Notes: generated by a model not told the origin, from the sequence alone. Shown: positions 29,241 through 39,186, counted from the stretch's first letter. The stretch is 64,000 bases of DNA from an uncultured Gammaproteobacteria bacterium (GCA_964511965.1 CAZEGF010000008.1:3497-67496), one strand, 5' to 3'. Made by a program: numbers and translations.

Positions 29241-29325
29241 GAGTTTATGGTAGATAGTTGTTAGTTTATAGCTTAATACAAAAATTGTTTTTAACTACAA
29301 ACTACTGACTACAAACTATAAACTA
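29241..29325. repeat. Inverted pair of 5x heptamer arrays with no enclosed gene
   Basis: Left GAGTTTA TGGTAGA TAGTTGT TAGTTTA TAGCTTA; right TTAACTA CAAACTA CTGACTA CAAACTA TAAACTA; 15-nt centre. Confidence 0.85.
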
Positions 29326-29330
29326 ACTAA

Positions 29331-29414
29331 GGAGGAGTCGGATAGCGGTCCATTCCACATGCTTGGAAAGTATGCGTGCGCAAGCACTCGCGAGTTCGAA
29401 TCTCGCCTCCTCCG
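29331..29414 (+). tRNA. tRNA-Ser(GGA)
   Basis: GGAGGAG/CTCCTCC; CATGC-TTGGAAA-GTATG; long variable arm. Confidence 0.93.
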
Positions 29415-29461
29415 CAAGAATTTGGTACAATAACAGGCTAGTAATTTAAAGAAGTAGACAT

Positions 29462-29715
29462 GGCTGGAGAGCTCGGCTGGTTCGAGCACAGCATTCAGCG
29501 CTCATTTACAATTTGCAGATTTTTTGGCTGGAGAGCTCGGCTGGTTCGTAGCACCGCATTCATAACGCGGCGGTCGTGGGTTCAAACCCCACTCCAGCTA
29601 CCAATTTCTGCAAATTGAAAATGTAACGCATCGGTCGAGGGGACAACCTTTTTGTGAGAAGCAAAATAGGGAAGGTTCTGAGCGTAAGCGAAGGTTCTTA
29701 ACCCCACTCCAGCTA
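29462..29715 (+). pseudogene. Split, decayed copy of tRNA(CAU) enclosing the intact gene
   Basis: 5' half 29462-29497; 3' half resumes at 29624 (TAACGCATCGGTCGAGGG) and ends 29701-29715 (ACCCCACTCCAGCTA). Confidence 0.8.
29526..29603 (+). tRNA. tRNA(CAU), elongator Met or Ile2; encodes CCA
   Basis: GGCTGGA/TCCAGCT-A-CCA; CCGCA-TTCATAA-CGCGG; GTGGG-TTCAAAC-CCCAC. Confidence 0.88.
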
Positions 29716-29742
29716 CTATTTTTTAGTAGTTTATATCTTCAC

Positions 29743-30528
29743 ATGAACACTCAACCAATTGGAGTTTTTGATTCGGGGGTAGGGGGACTCTCAATACTAT
29801 TAGAAATTCAAAAACTGTTGCCCAATGAAACCTCAATTTTTGTAGCAGATCAGGCTTACGTTCCATACGGACGAAAATCTAAAGAAGAATTGATCGAAAG
29901 AGTTGGAAAAATTATGGATTTTTTTGTAAAAAATGAGGTAAAAGCAGTTGTTGTTGCATGTAATACGGCAACTGTTTACACAATCGATGAAATGAGAAAA
30001 AAATACAATATTCCCATAATAGGAACAGTTCCGGTTATAAAAGTTATAGCCAGAATGACAAGAGCAGGTAAAACAGCTGTTTTTTCAACACCTGCAACTG
30101 CAAAAAGCCCATATCTAGCAAAACTGATTGAAGAATTTGCGCCTAATATAGTTGTTGAAAAAGTAGGTGGGTCAAATCTGGAAGAATTGATTGAAAATGG
30201 GAACATTAATGATCCGGCTATTTTAGAGAGATTAAAATTTCATTTACTGCCACTTGTAAAAGACGGAGTAGACGCAATCGCCCTCGGTTGCACTCATTAC
30301 CCTTTTTTAAAGGAAAAAATTAAAAGAGTCGTTGGTTCCAAGGTAAAAATTGTCGATTCCGGTGGAGCAGTTGCTAGAAGATTGGCGTTCGTTTTGGAGC
30401 ATGAAAAAATTCTTTCTCAGCAAAAAGGACAGGATTTATATTACACTACTGGAGACAAAGAGAAATTTGAGAAAGTAGCAAGCGAACTAACAAAAAAGGA
30501 AATTACAGCAGAACATGTTAATTTATAA
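29743..30528 (+). CDS. murI: Glutamate racemase
   Basis: FDSGVGGLS, PYG.K, ACNTA, LGCTHYP. Confidence 0.97.
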   Translation: MNTQPIGVFDSGVGGLSILLEIQKLLPNETSIFVADQAYVPYGRKSKEELIERVGKIMDFFVKNEVKAVVVACNTATVYTIDEMRKKYNIPIIGTVPVIKVIARMTRAGKTAVFSTPATAKSPYLAKLIEEFAPNIVVEKVGGSNLEELIENGNINDPAILERLKFHLLPLVKDGVDAIALGCTHYPFLKEKIKRVVGSKVKIVDSGGAVARRLAFVLEHEKILSQQKGQDLYYTTGDKEKFEKVASELTKKEITAEHVNL

Positions 30529-30530
30529 CT

Positions 30531-31886
30531 ATGGATGCATATAATGATAAAAAAGTTGCGATTTTGGGGTTCGGAATAGAAGGGATGAGTGTTGCCGACT
30601 TTTTAACTGAGTCTGAAATTACTATTTTTGATGAAAAAAAGAGGGAGGATTTTGACCCTGAAATTTTAACTCAGTATGAGGCTAAAGGGATTAAATTTGA
30701 GCTTGGAGGAATTGGTGGTTTGACAGATTTTTTTGCAGTATTTAGGTCTCCTGGTTTTCACCCCAAAACTCCACAATTAGCAGAGGCTTCAAAAAATGGA
30801 GTAGAAATAACATCTGCCACAAAATTATTCTTTGATTTATGCCCAGCGCCCATAGTTGGCGTGACTGGAACAAAAGGGAAAGGTACTACCTCTACACTTA
30901 TATACGAAATGCTCAAAAAAGAGGGGTTTGACGCGTTTCTAGGGGGTAATATAGGGACTCCTCCTCTTAGTTTTCTATCCAACGTTACAGCAGATTCTAA
31001 AGTAGTTTTAGAATTATCTAGTTTTCAGCTCATTGACCTTGAAAAAAGCCCACACGTAGCGGTCATGCTTATGGTTACTTCAGAACATTTAGATTACCAC
31101 GAGGATGTATATGAATATATTGAAGCAAAAAGGAACATTTTCAAATACCAGGACGAATCAGATTTTGCCGTGGTGAACCGAGATTATCCTGCTAGTAATG
31201 AATCCGATATCCATACAATAGGGAAAGTGTATCAAGTCAGTCGTTTTCAGGAAATTATGCAAGGATGTTTTGTAAAAGATGATGAAATTTACCTCAAAAT
31301 GGATGGACATGAAGAAGCAATATTGCCAACAAAGGAGTTAGGACTGATAGGAAAACACAATCATGAAAATGTTTGTGCGGCAGTCGTTGCTTCTATTTGT
31401 GCTGGAGCTTCTATGAAATCCATTTTGTCGGTTTTGAGATCATTTAAGGGTCTTGAGCATAGAATTGAGTTTGTAAGACTCGTTAGGGGAGTCAAATACT
31501 ATGATGACTCTTTTTCAACTACCCCCGAAACAGCAATTGCAGCAATCGAGTCATTTGAAGAGCCAAAAATTCTGATTTTAGGAGGATCTTCTAAAAATTC
31601 TGACTTTTCAGAGCTTGGACAGATAATTTCTGAATCAGGAACGATAAAAGCAATTATTGGAATAGGAATTGAGTGGGAAAGGATTAAGCTAACTATAAAC
31701 CATAAACTACAAACTATAAACTATATTGAAGATTGTCAAAATATGCACGAGATCGTGCAAAAAGCGGCAGAAATTAGCGAGGTAGGGGATGTTGTTCTTC
31801 TATCCCCGGCTTGTGCCTCGTTTGGAATGTTTAAATCATACAAAGACCGCGGAGAGCAGTTCAAAAATGAGGTAAATGAGCTATAA
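30531..31886 (+). CDS. murD: UDP-N-acetylmuramoyl-L-alanine--D-glutamate ligase
   Basis: VTGTKGKGTT, GGNIG, ELSSFQL, GLEHRIE, LSPACASF.MF..Y..RG. Confidence 0.96.
   Translation: MDAYNDKKVAILGFGIEGMSVADFLTESEITIFDEKKREDFDPEILTQYEAKGIKFELGGIGGLTDFFAVFRSPGFHPKTPQLAEASKNGVEITSATKLFFDLCPAPIVGVTGTKGKGTTSTLIYEMLKKEGFDAFLGGNIGTPPLSFLSNVTADSKVVLELSSFQLIDLEKSPHVAVMLMVTSEHLDYHEDVYEYIEAKRNIFKYQDESDFAVVNRDYPASNESDIHTIGKVYQVSRFQEIMQGCFVKDDEIYLKMDGHEEAILPTKELGLIGKHNHENVCAAVVASICAGASMKSILSVLRSFKGLEHRIEFVRLVRGVKYYDDSFSTTPETAIAAIESFEEPKILILGGSSKNSDFSELGQIISESGTIKAIIGIGIEWERIKLTINHKLQTINYIEDCQNMHEIVQKAAEISEVGDVVLLSPACASFGMFKSYKDRGEQFKNEVNEL
31691..31725. repeat. Heptamer array inside murD
   Basis: AACTATA AACCATA AACTACA AACTATA AACTATA, encoding TINHKLQTINY. 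Confidence 0.88.
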
Positions 31887-32871
31887 TACATCTATGACTA
31901 AAAGAGTTTTGTCAGGAATTAGAGCAACTGGCCGATTGCATCTCGGGAACTATCTTGGTGCCGTAAAGGGAATGCTTGAGCTTCAAGATAATCCTGATTA
32001 CGAAACCTTATATATGGTTGCTGATGTTCATACGATTACTACACCATACCAAGTTGAAGAGTTGAGAAAGAATAGACGTGAGGTCATTTTAGACTATTTG
32101 GCTGCAGGTCTTGACCCTGAAAAATCAATTATTTTCCAGCAATCTGAGGTCAATGAGCACTTAGAACTCGCATTTTATTTTTCATCAGTTGCAACAGTTG
32201 CAAAAATGCAGCATCTGCCAACATATAAAGATAAGGTAAAACAACACCCGGATCATGTAACTCTTGCTCTCCTTAATTACCCTGCTCTTATGGCAGCTGA
32301 CATTTTAATATATAAAGCAAGTTTGGTTCCTGTTGGAATTGATCAAGAACCTCATTTGGAAGTGGCTCGTGAAATTGCTCGACGCTTTAATCAAGACTAC
32401 GGAACCGACTTTCCAGAACCAAAACGGTTTGCAACAAAAGGAGAATATGTTCCGTCTCTGACTGGTACTGGCAAGATGAGTAAGTCTGTTGAGGGTAGTT
32501 ATATTAATTTAACTGACTCGTTGGATGAGATTAAAGGAAAAATAGCAAAAATCCCAACCGATGGGGGACAAGGGACCGATATTGTGGGGGGAGTTAAGAA
32601 TTTATTTGAATTTGTAGAGCTTTTTGAAGGGAAGGAAAAGAGGGATGCGTACGAAACTCAATACAAAGGAGAAGGAGTTCGTTACGGAGACATAAAAAGA
32701 GAGTTGGCTGAAGCGATTTTTGAAGAACTCGCCCCAATACAAGAAAAAAGAAAGCAGCTTGAAGCAAATCCGGAATTTGTAAACAAAGTTATTGAAGAGG
32801 GAGCTTTTAAAGCTAGAAATTTAGCCAGAGAAACGATTGATGAAGTACGCTTCAAAATGGGTCTCAAATAA
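31876..32871 (+). CDS. trpS: Tryptophan--tRNA ligase
   Basis: TG.LHLGNY.G, YP.LMAADIL, VPVG.DQ..H.E, KMSKS; start may be 31894. Confidence 0.96.
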   Translation: MSYNTSMTKRVLSGIRATGRLHLGNYLGAVKGMLELQDNPDYETLYMVADVHTITTPYQVEELRKNRREVILDYLAAGLDPEKSIIFQQSEVNEHLELAFYFSSVATVAKMQHLPTYKDKVKQHPDHVTLALLNYPALMAADILIYKASLVPVGIDQEPHLEVAREIARRFNQDYGTDFPEPKRFATKGEYVPSLTGTGKMSKSVEGSYINLTDSLDEIKGKIAKIPTDGGQGTDIVGGVKNLFEFVELFEGKEKRDAYETQYKGEGVRYGDIKRELAEAIFEELAPIQEKRKQLEANPEFVNKVIEEGAFKARNLARETIDEVRFKMGLK

Positions 32872-32879
32872 CTCCTACT

Positions 32880-33158
32880 ATGAAACAGGCTCATGTATAT
32901 ATTTCCGGTTTTGTGCAAGGCGTAGGATTTCGTGCTTATGTACGCTCAAAAGCGCGTAAAATGAATATATTTGGTTGGGTAAGAAACTTAAGCGACGATC
33001 GAGTTGAGGCTGTTTTTCAAGGAGACGAGAATAATATTAAAAAACTCATAGCGCTTTGCAAAAGAGGACCATTTTTTGCACAAGTAACGGACGTTGTCGT
33101 TGATTGGGAAGATCAAAAAGAGTCGTTTGTCGAGTTTACTAAAAGAGAAACATTGTGA
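32880..33158 (+). CDS. acyP: Acylphosphatase
   Basis: G.VQGVGFR, GWVRN..D..VE. Confidence 0.95.
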   Translation: MKQAHVYISGFVQGVGFRAYVRSKARKMNIFGWVRNLSDDRVEAVFQGDENNIKKLIALCKRGPFFAQVTDVVVDWEDQKESFVEFTKRETL

Positions 33159-33391
33159 AAAAAATTATTTTGCATCTTATAAAGAGCTATCAGCGTACCG
33201 TTTTTTTCCATAACGAGATTTTTAAAACCGTTTTTATGTCTGACAGTGTTTGTAGATTTGAACCAAGTTGTTCAAACTATACATATCAAGCAATCGATAA
33301 ATACGGGGTTTTAAAAGGTGGATTGATAGGTTTAAAACGGATTGTAAGATGCCATCCTTTCTCAAAGGGTGGATATGACCCGCTCCCTTAA
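33155..33391 (+). CDS. yidD: Membrane protein insertion efficiency factor YidD
   Basis: [21 protein letters not shown]. Confidence 0.95.
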   Translation: MKKIILHLIKSYQRTVFFHNEIFKTVFMSDSVCRFEPSCSNYTYQAIDKYGVLKGGLIGLKRIVRCHPFSKGGYDPLP

Positions 33392-33466
33392 GTAGTAGCA
33401 ATTGAGGCTATACTATGATACAATTTGGTCGGTTTTAAAGTTGCCCCCTCAATAGGTCAGGAAATC

Positions 33467-35311
33467 ATGAAGATCAAAAGACAAGGTAAAAAAAATGGAT
33501 TCCGTTTTGGTTGGAAAGACCTTTTCTTGTATGGTTTTTTGATTCTTTTCCTTTTTTTTCTAACAATTGGGATCGGAGATTTTTCGAATAATGGACAGGA
33601 TCAAAATATTTCGCTATCACAAACCCTTTCCGAAGTAAAAGAGAATAAGATTAAAGAAATTGTAGTTTCAGACAATAAAATGGACATCCTTTATAAGGAT
33701 GGTAAAAAAGCGACTACTAAAAAAGAACCCGGAACATCACTTTATGAAGTATTTAAAGACGCTAATGTTGATGCGAGTAAGGTTAAAATTAGTATTAAAG
33801 ATTCTTCAGCACTTAACGCATGGATCGGGATTATAGCGAATTTTCTTCCGGTTCTTCTTATTATTGGCTTTTTCTATTTTGTTTTCCGTCAAGCACGTGG
33901 TGCTCAAGAAAATATTTTCTCTTTTGGTAACAATAAAGCAAAAGCATTTAATAAAGTTTTTCCGAAGGTAACTTTTAATGACGTCGCGGGAGTTGATGAA
34001 GCAAAACAGGAACTATCAGAAGTTGTAGACTTTCTTAAAAACCCTCAAAAGTACGCAGAAATGGGTGCAAGAACACCAAAAGGAGTACTTTTAGTTGGGC
34101 CGGCTGGAACCGGTAAAACTCTTATGGCCCGGGCTGTTGCTGGTGAGGCAAAGGTAGCATTTTACTCTATTGCCGGATCTGAATTTATGGAAATGTTAGT
34201 TGGAGTTGGTGCGGCTAGAGTTCGTGACCTGTTTCTTAATGCAAAAAAGGCTCAACCGGCAATCATTTTTATTGATGAAATAGATGCGATAGGACGTCAA
34301 CGGGGGGGAAATATGATGGGAGGACACGATGAGCGTGAACAAACCTTAAACCAAATATTGGTTGAGATGGATGGATTTACACCAACAGAACAACTGGTTG
34401 TTATTGCAGCCACAAACAGACCGGATATTTTAGACTCTGCATTAGTCAGACCAGGAAGATTTGATCGAAGAATTATGATTTCGTATCCGGACATCGAGGG
34501 AAGAAAAGCAATTTTAGCTATTCATGCAAAAGGCAAGCCATTTATAGCTAAAGTTAATTGGGAAAGTGTAGCAAAAAGAACAGTTGGATATTCAGGAGCT
34601 GATCTTGAAAATATGTTAAATGAAGCCGCCATATTGGCAGCTCGTTCAAATAGAAAGACCATTAATATGGATGATTTAGAGGAAGCTGCTACAAAAGTTA
34701 AGATGGGACCGGAAAAAAAGAGACTTCAAACTGATGAAGACAAGAAAATTACAGCCTATCACGAGTCAGGTCATGCAATTGTAAGTTACGCCATGCCTAA
34801 GGCTGACCCTGTTCATAGAATATCAATTGTCGGTCGTGGAATGTCTTTGGGTCACACGCTTATTCCACCTCAATTTGATAGAGTGCACGAAACAAAAACA
34901 AGATTACTAGAGCAAATTGCAACAATGCTTGGGGGTCGAGTTGCTGAAGACCTTATTTTTGCCGAGGTGACAACTGGTGCCTCAAATGACATCGAGAAAG
35001 CAACTGAGGTAGCTCGTACTATGGTTGTTGAATATGGCATGAGTAGACTTGGACCGGTAAATATGGAGCCAAATGAACCAAATATGTTTGGGGAAAACCA
35101 AAATATTTCAGAATCCATGAAGACTGCAATCGACCGCGAGGTTTCATTCATCATTGATGAAGCTTATAAAAGAGCTGTTCTTGCACTTAAACAAAATAGA
35201 AAGAAATTGGATGAGGTTGCTTCAATTTTAATCCAAAAAGAGACATTGGAAGGAGAACAATTCGAGAAAATAATGAAAGGAACCAAGACCATAATCAAAA
35301 AAACCTCCTAA
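33467..35311 (+). CDS. ftsH: ATP-dependent zinc metalloprotease FtsH
   Basis: Two TMs, GPAGTGKT, DEIDA, RPGRFDR, HESGH. Confidence 0.97.
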   Translation: MKIKRQGKKNGFRFGWKDLFLYGFLILFLFFLTIGIGDFSNNGQDQNISLSQTLSEVKENKIKEIVVSDNKMDILYKDGKKATTKKEPGTSLYEVFKDANVDASKVKISIKDSSALNAWIGIIANFLPVLLIIGFFYFVFRQARGAQENIFSFGNNKAKAFNKVFPKVTFNDVAGVDEAKQELSEVVDFLKNPQKYAEMGARTPKGVLLVGPAGTGKTLMARAVAGEAKVAFYSIAGSEFMEMLVGVGAARVRDLFLNAKKAQPAIIFIDEIDAIGRQRGGNMMGGHDEREQTLNQILVEMDGFTPTEQLVVIAATNRPDILDSALVRPGRFDRRIMISYPDIEGRKAILAIHAKGKPFIAKVNWESVAKRTVGYSGADLENMLNEAAILAARSNRKTINMDDLEEAATKVKMGPEKKRLQTDEDKKITAYHESGHAIVSYAMPKADPVHRISIVGRGMSLGHTLIPPQFDRVHETKTRLLEQIATMLGGRVAEDLIFAEVTTGASNDIEKATEVARTMVVEYGMSRLGPVNMEPNEPNMFGENQNISESMKTAIDREVSFIIDEAYKRAVLALKQNRKKLDEVASILIQKETLEGEQFEKIMKGTKTIIKKTS

Positions 35312-35359
35312 TAAGGACGTATTACCCGAATTACATTTGAAACTGATATACTTAATTTT

Positions 35360-37543
35360 ATGAAAGACCCTGTCTACTTGCATGTAAGAACCCCTAAAGA
35401 CGATGAAACGAGTCTGGAGTCCTCTACGCAAGTGTTTTCTGCTCTTTTGCCTCATTATATGGGCATTTTTAAGCGGCTCATTCATACTCCTCGTACCGTT
35501 TCTTTTGAAATTTATTTACTCGATCAAAAAATTTACTTTTATATAGTAGTGCCTCGTGAGCATGAGACATTTATCACGAGTCTTATGGTTTCATCATATC
35601 CTCGTGTTTTTATTGCAGAGACCACTGATCCGATGGAGAGTATTATGAAGTCAAAAAATAAAGAAGTTGGTGAATTGAAGCTTGAAGAGACGTATCATTA
35701 TCCCCTCAAAACCTATAAAGATTTTAGCGACGTTGATCCGATAGCGTCCCTCATTGGATTTTTGGCAAAGCAGCAAGCAGGGGTAAATATCGGCATCCAG
35801 ATCTTGGTCACACCAGCCTCATTTCCGTGGCAGTCTCATGCAATTGCTTCTACTCAACCAAAAGTGAATTCAGACGGGACCACATCAAAAGAGGGGACTG
35901 TTTCGGCTAGCGCTGTTGCTACAAAGACACAGTTTCAGGGTGGAAAAACGTTAATCAGACTCATTGCCGCAACTGAAACTGAAAATCCATACCATTATCT
36001 TCATAATGTGGCAGGAACATTTGGAAGTTTCTCATCTGGGGAGGGAAATCACCTCAAATTCAAGCGCCCACTGGTTAATAAAGGAAGACTTCTAAAAAGA
36101 ATTCACACAAGATCAACCACGTTACTTGAGCGTCGAAATCAAATCCTCAACGCTCAAGAACTAGCAACTCTTTGGCACCCGGCCGGTAAAATGTTGTCTG
36201 GTATTAAAAATATCTCTTGGGGCAAAACGCTAGCTGGTGAGCCTCCTGAAAATATTCCGGCTGCAAATAATATGACGGAAGATGAGAAGCAAAATGTTAA
36301 CTTCTTCGCCGCGACCGAATTTAAGAATCAAAATACTATCTTTGGAATAAAGGATATTGACCGCCGTAAGCATGTTTATATTATGGGAAAAACCGGAGCC
36401 GGAAAATCGACACTTATTGCCAATATGGCTATTGATGACATCAGAAAAGGCCGTGGTATTGGGATTATTGACCCTCATGGAGATTTGTGCGAGACAGTTT
36501 TGGATTACATTCCAAAAAGAAGACTCAACGACGTTGTGTACCTTGAGCCATTTGATACGGAGCGGACGTTCTCTTTAAATGTTTTGGAAATAAAAAACAA
36601 ACAGCACAAGGATCTTATTGCCAGTGGAATTGTATCTATTTTCTCAAAAATCTATGCTGATTCATGGGGACCACGGCTTGAATATATTCTCCGAAACACC
36701 ATCTTCTCACTTCTTGAAATTCCAAACACAACACTTATTGATGCTCTCAAGATACTCTCAGATAAGCAGTATAGGGATAGGGTAGTCCCGCAAATTCAAG
36801 ATCCAGTAATAAGAGCCTTCTGGCAGCAAGAGTTTGACAAAATGACCGATAAGTTGAGAGTTGAGGCAATTTCTCCGATTCAAAACAAAGTAGGGCAGTT
36901 TGTTAGTTCAAAAATGATCAGAAACATTATTGGAAGCCCTAAGTCATCTATTGATCTGGAAGACATTATGAATAGCGGGAAAATATTGCTTCTTAATCTT
37001 TCTCAAGGAAAATTGGGAGAGGATAACGCAGCGCTTCTTGGCGCTATGATCATTACCCAAATTCAGCTTTCAGCCATGAATAGAGCATTTCAAAAAGAAG
37101 AGGATCGAAAAGACTTTTTTCTGTATGTAGACGAGTTCCAAAATTTTGCGACAAGTTCTTTCATCAAAATTCTTTCTGAGGCTAGAAAATACAGACTTGC
37201 TATAACTCTTGCTAACCAATATATAGATCAGCTTGATGTTACGATCCAAAAATCAATTTTTGGAAACGCAGGAACACTTATTTCCTTTGTAACAGGAGCT
37301 GGGGATGCATCACTTTTGACAAAAGAATATGCGGATATTTACTCTCAAAACGATTTAGTGTCGCTCGGAAAGCATGAAATAGTCATGAAATTATCAATTG
37401 ATAATATGACCTCTCTTCCATTTGCTGCAAAAACACTTCCCCTTCCAAGTCTTAAGAATGAAAACCGGGATGATATTATCCGTCTTTCTAAAGAGCGGTA
37501 CGGTCGAAAAGTCACCCAAACTGTTGAAAACCCCATAATTTAG
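35360..37543 (+). CDS. VirD4/TraG-like (type IV coupling protein) ATPase
   Basis: DRRKHVY.MGKTGAGKS, IDPHGD, LYVDEFQNF, EARKY. Confidence 0.88.
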   Translation: MKDPVYLHVRTPKDDETSLESSTQVFSALLPHYMGIFKRLIHTPRTVSFEIYLLDQKIYFYIVVPREHETFITSLMVSSYPRVFIAETTDPMESIMKSKNKEVGELKLEETYHYPLKTYKDFSDVDPIASLIGFLAKQQAGVNIGIQILVTPASFPWQSHAIASTQPKVNSDGTTSKEGTVSASAVATKTQFQGGKTLIRLIAATETENPYHYLHNVAGTFGSFSSGEGNHLKFKRPLVNKGRLLKRIHTRSTTLLERRNQILNAQELATLWHPAGKMLSGIKNISWGKTLAGEPPENIPAANNMTEDEKQNVNFFAATEFKNQNTIFGIKDIDRRKHVYIMGKTGAGKSTLIANMAIDDIRKGRGIGIIDPHGDLCETVLDYIPKRRLNDVVYLEPFDTERTFSLNVLEIKNKQHKDLIASGIVSIFSKIYADSWGPRLEYILRNTIFSLLEIPNTTLIDALKILSDKQYRDRVVPQIQDPVIRAFWQQEFDKMTDKLRVEAISPIQNKVGQFVSSKMIRNIIGSPKSSIDLEDIMNSGKILLLNLSQGKLGEDNAALLGAMIITQIQLSAMNRAFQKEEDRKDFFLYVDEFQNFATSSFIKILSEARKYRLAITLANQYIDQLDVTIQKSIFGNAGTLISFVTGAGDASLLTKEYADIYSQNDLVSLGKHEIVMKLSIDNMTSLPFAAKTLPLPSLKNENRDDIIRLSKERYGRKVTQTVENPII

Positions 37544-37702
37544 GCATACAATTCCATTATTAGTTCATTTTTTGTAGCAAACGCACTATGCGCGCGTTTT
37601 TCTATTGGAAATGACGCACATTGAAAATTGATTTGCATGAAAAATGAATTGTATTTATCTTTGGTGAAGGCTTTCTGCTGCTAAAAATTTTCGCGGTATA
37701 AA

Positions 37703-37893
37703 GTCTTCACCAATAGAGTGGATTGGAAAGACGACAATCGACAAGGAGGAAATGTCTAACGATACGATCACGTGGTCCTGATTCTGTGCTTGCGCTCCCC
37801 AGTGGATGCCGCAAGCCTCATCCTCGGCCATTTGGCCGGCCAAAACAAGAGCGAAGCCAAGTCACCAAAAAAAATCCCTTAAAGGAGGGCTGA
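37703..37893 (+). promoter_or_regulatory. Structured 5' leader with strong SD
   Basis: Stems 37703-37732, 37788-37816 and 37825-37838; AAGGAGG at 37882-37888, 5 nt before GTG. Confidence 0.55.
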
Positions 37894-39186
37894 GTGACTA
37901 AAGTCTTGAAGCTCCTTGGAGGAGGCTTGCTCGCAGCTATCCTGGGCATCGCGCTCAGCGCTGCAGCTTTCGGCCTCTTTAGCAATGACAACGGCACATC
38001 CATCGCCGCACCTACCTTCGACCGCGCATCCGCGCACGTCTCCCTCGGCGCCGCCGACCTGGCACCTGCCAGTTCCGCCGCCGTACCAATCCGCTACCTT
38101 CCTGGCGACATCAACGCGACGTCTCTTACGGCTTACGATGCAGACACGAGCAACCCGCTCAATGCCTTCCCTGTCGGCCTCGCTCGCGCTGTCGATTCCC
38201 TGACTGCTGCTTCCCTTCCGTTCTACGACTCGCTCTCACCCGGCGCCTCGGACTTGCCGACGGCTTCTGGCGCAAACGACCCGAACGCGAAGGGCATCAT
38301 CAACGCTTCCTACATCAAGGAAGTCCTGGGCAGCTACTACATGAAGATCAACACGATCAACGTGTCGCGGGCACCCGCAAGTGACCTCGTCAACAACGTC
38401 GACTTCCTGAACGACAGCACTGGTCACCCGAACTCCTACACGCTGAACTCTCGCTGGTCGCTGATCACCTCAGCGGGCGCGAGCGGTAACAGCTTCAGTT
38501 TCGTCAAGGGCACCGACATCTCCGGGAAGATTCCTGACGCGACGAATAACGCGATCGTGACGGCCATCTACGGCCGGGACGACACGAGCAAGCAGTACAC
38601 CCAGATCCTCCCGCCAGGGGTTAACGTCCTCGGCGCGACGACGAAGATGACGCTTAGCACGGGCCAGGCTTACTGGATCAAAACGACCATCGACCCGTCC
38701 GCGAAGGGTATCCGCTTCGGAAACCTTTCGTGGGCTGACACCGTCGACCGTTACACCGCAGCTGTACAACATGCTCGCGGCGACTCCGTCCAGATCAGTG
38801 AACCGTTCATCCCGGCCGTTGCGGCTGGAGGCGGTCTCGTTCTGAACAACGACAACATGTACACCAACGCTCTCGATCCGGCGATCTGTGCCGGCAGCTG
38901 TCAACTCCATGCCATGGATGCGACGACTGCGACTCGAACTGACGCTGGCATCAACGCTCTCGGATCTCAGGTTGGCATCGGCACCATCACGGCACCGGCT
39001 GACAACTCGAAGACTACCGCGCTCGACAAGAAGTGGAATCAGGCTGTTGCCGAAGCCCCTCTTGCGAACTCGCCGTTCCTCGTCCTTGGCATCGTGCTTC
39101 TATTCGTAGCCGTAGGCGCTGCGAAATGGAACCCCGAGGCCTTCTCGACGCGGAACCAGCATGCCCGCGCCCTCGGCGCCGGCTGA
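37894..39186 (+). CDS. High-GC surface protein with N-terminal signal/TM and C-terminal TM anchor
   Basis: 55-70% GC in sampled lines with C/G-ending codons; L..RWSLIT ... GQAYWI segment resembling GWNLI...G.GYWI surface-protein domains. Confidence 0.82.
   Translation: MTKVLKLLGGGLLAAILGIALSAAAFGLFSNDNGTSIAAPTFDRASAHVSLGAADLAPASSAAVPIRYLPGDINATSLTAYDADTSNPLNAFPVGLARAVDSLTAASLPFYDSLSPGASDLPTASGANDPNAKGIINASYIKEVLGSYYMKINTINVSRAPASDLVNNVDFLNDSTGHPNSYTLNSRWSLITSAGASGNSFSFVKGTDISGKIPDATNNAIVTAIYGRDDTSKQYTQILPPGVNVLGATTKMTLSTGQAYWIKTTIDPSAKGIRFGNLSWADTVDRYTAAVQHARGDSVQISEPFIPAVAAGGGLVLNNDNMYTNALDPAICAGSCQLHAMDATTATRTDAGINALGSQVGIGTITAPADNSKTTALDKKWNQAVAEAPLANSPFLVLGIVLLFVAVGAAKWNPEAFSTRNQHARALGAG

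Noticed and set aside
27448-37543. ICE or prophage defined by the recombinase plus the VirD4-like ATPase
   Set aside because: The intervening genes are core (tRNAs, murI, murD, trpS, ftsH); no relaxase, phage genes or flanking att pair.
37752-37781. Leader peptide MSNDTITWS after AAGGAGG
   Set aside because: The SD-ATG spacing is only 2 nt and there is no attenuator-like codon run; cannot be supported.
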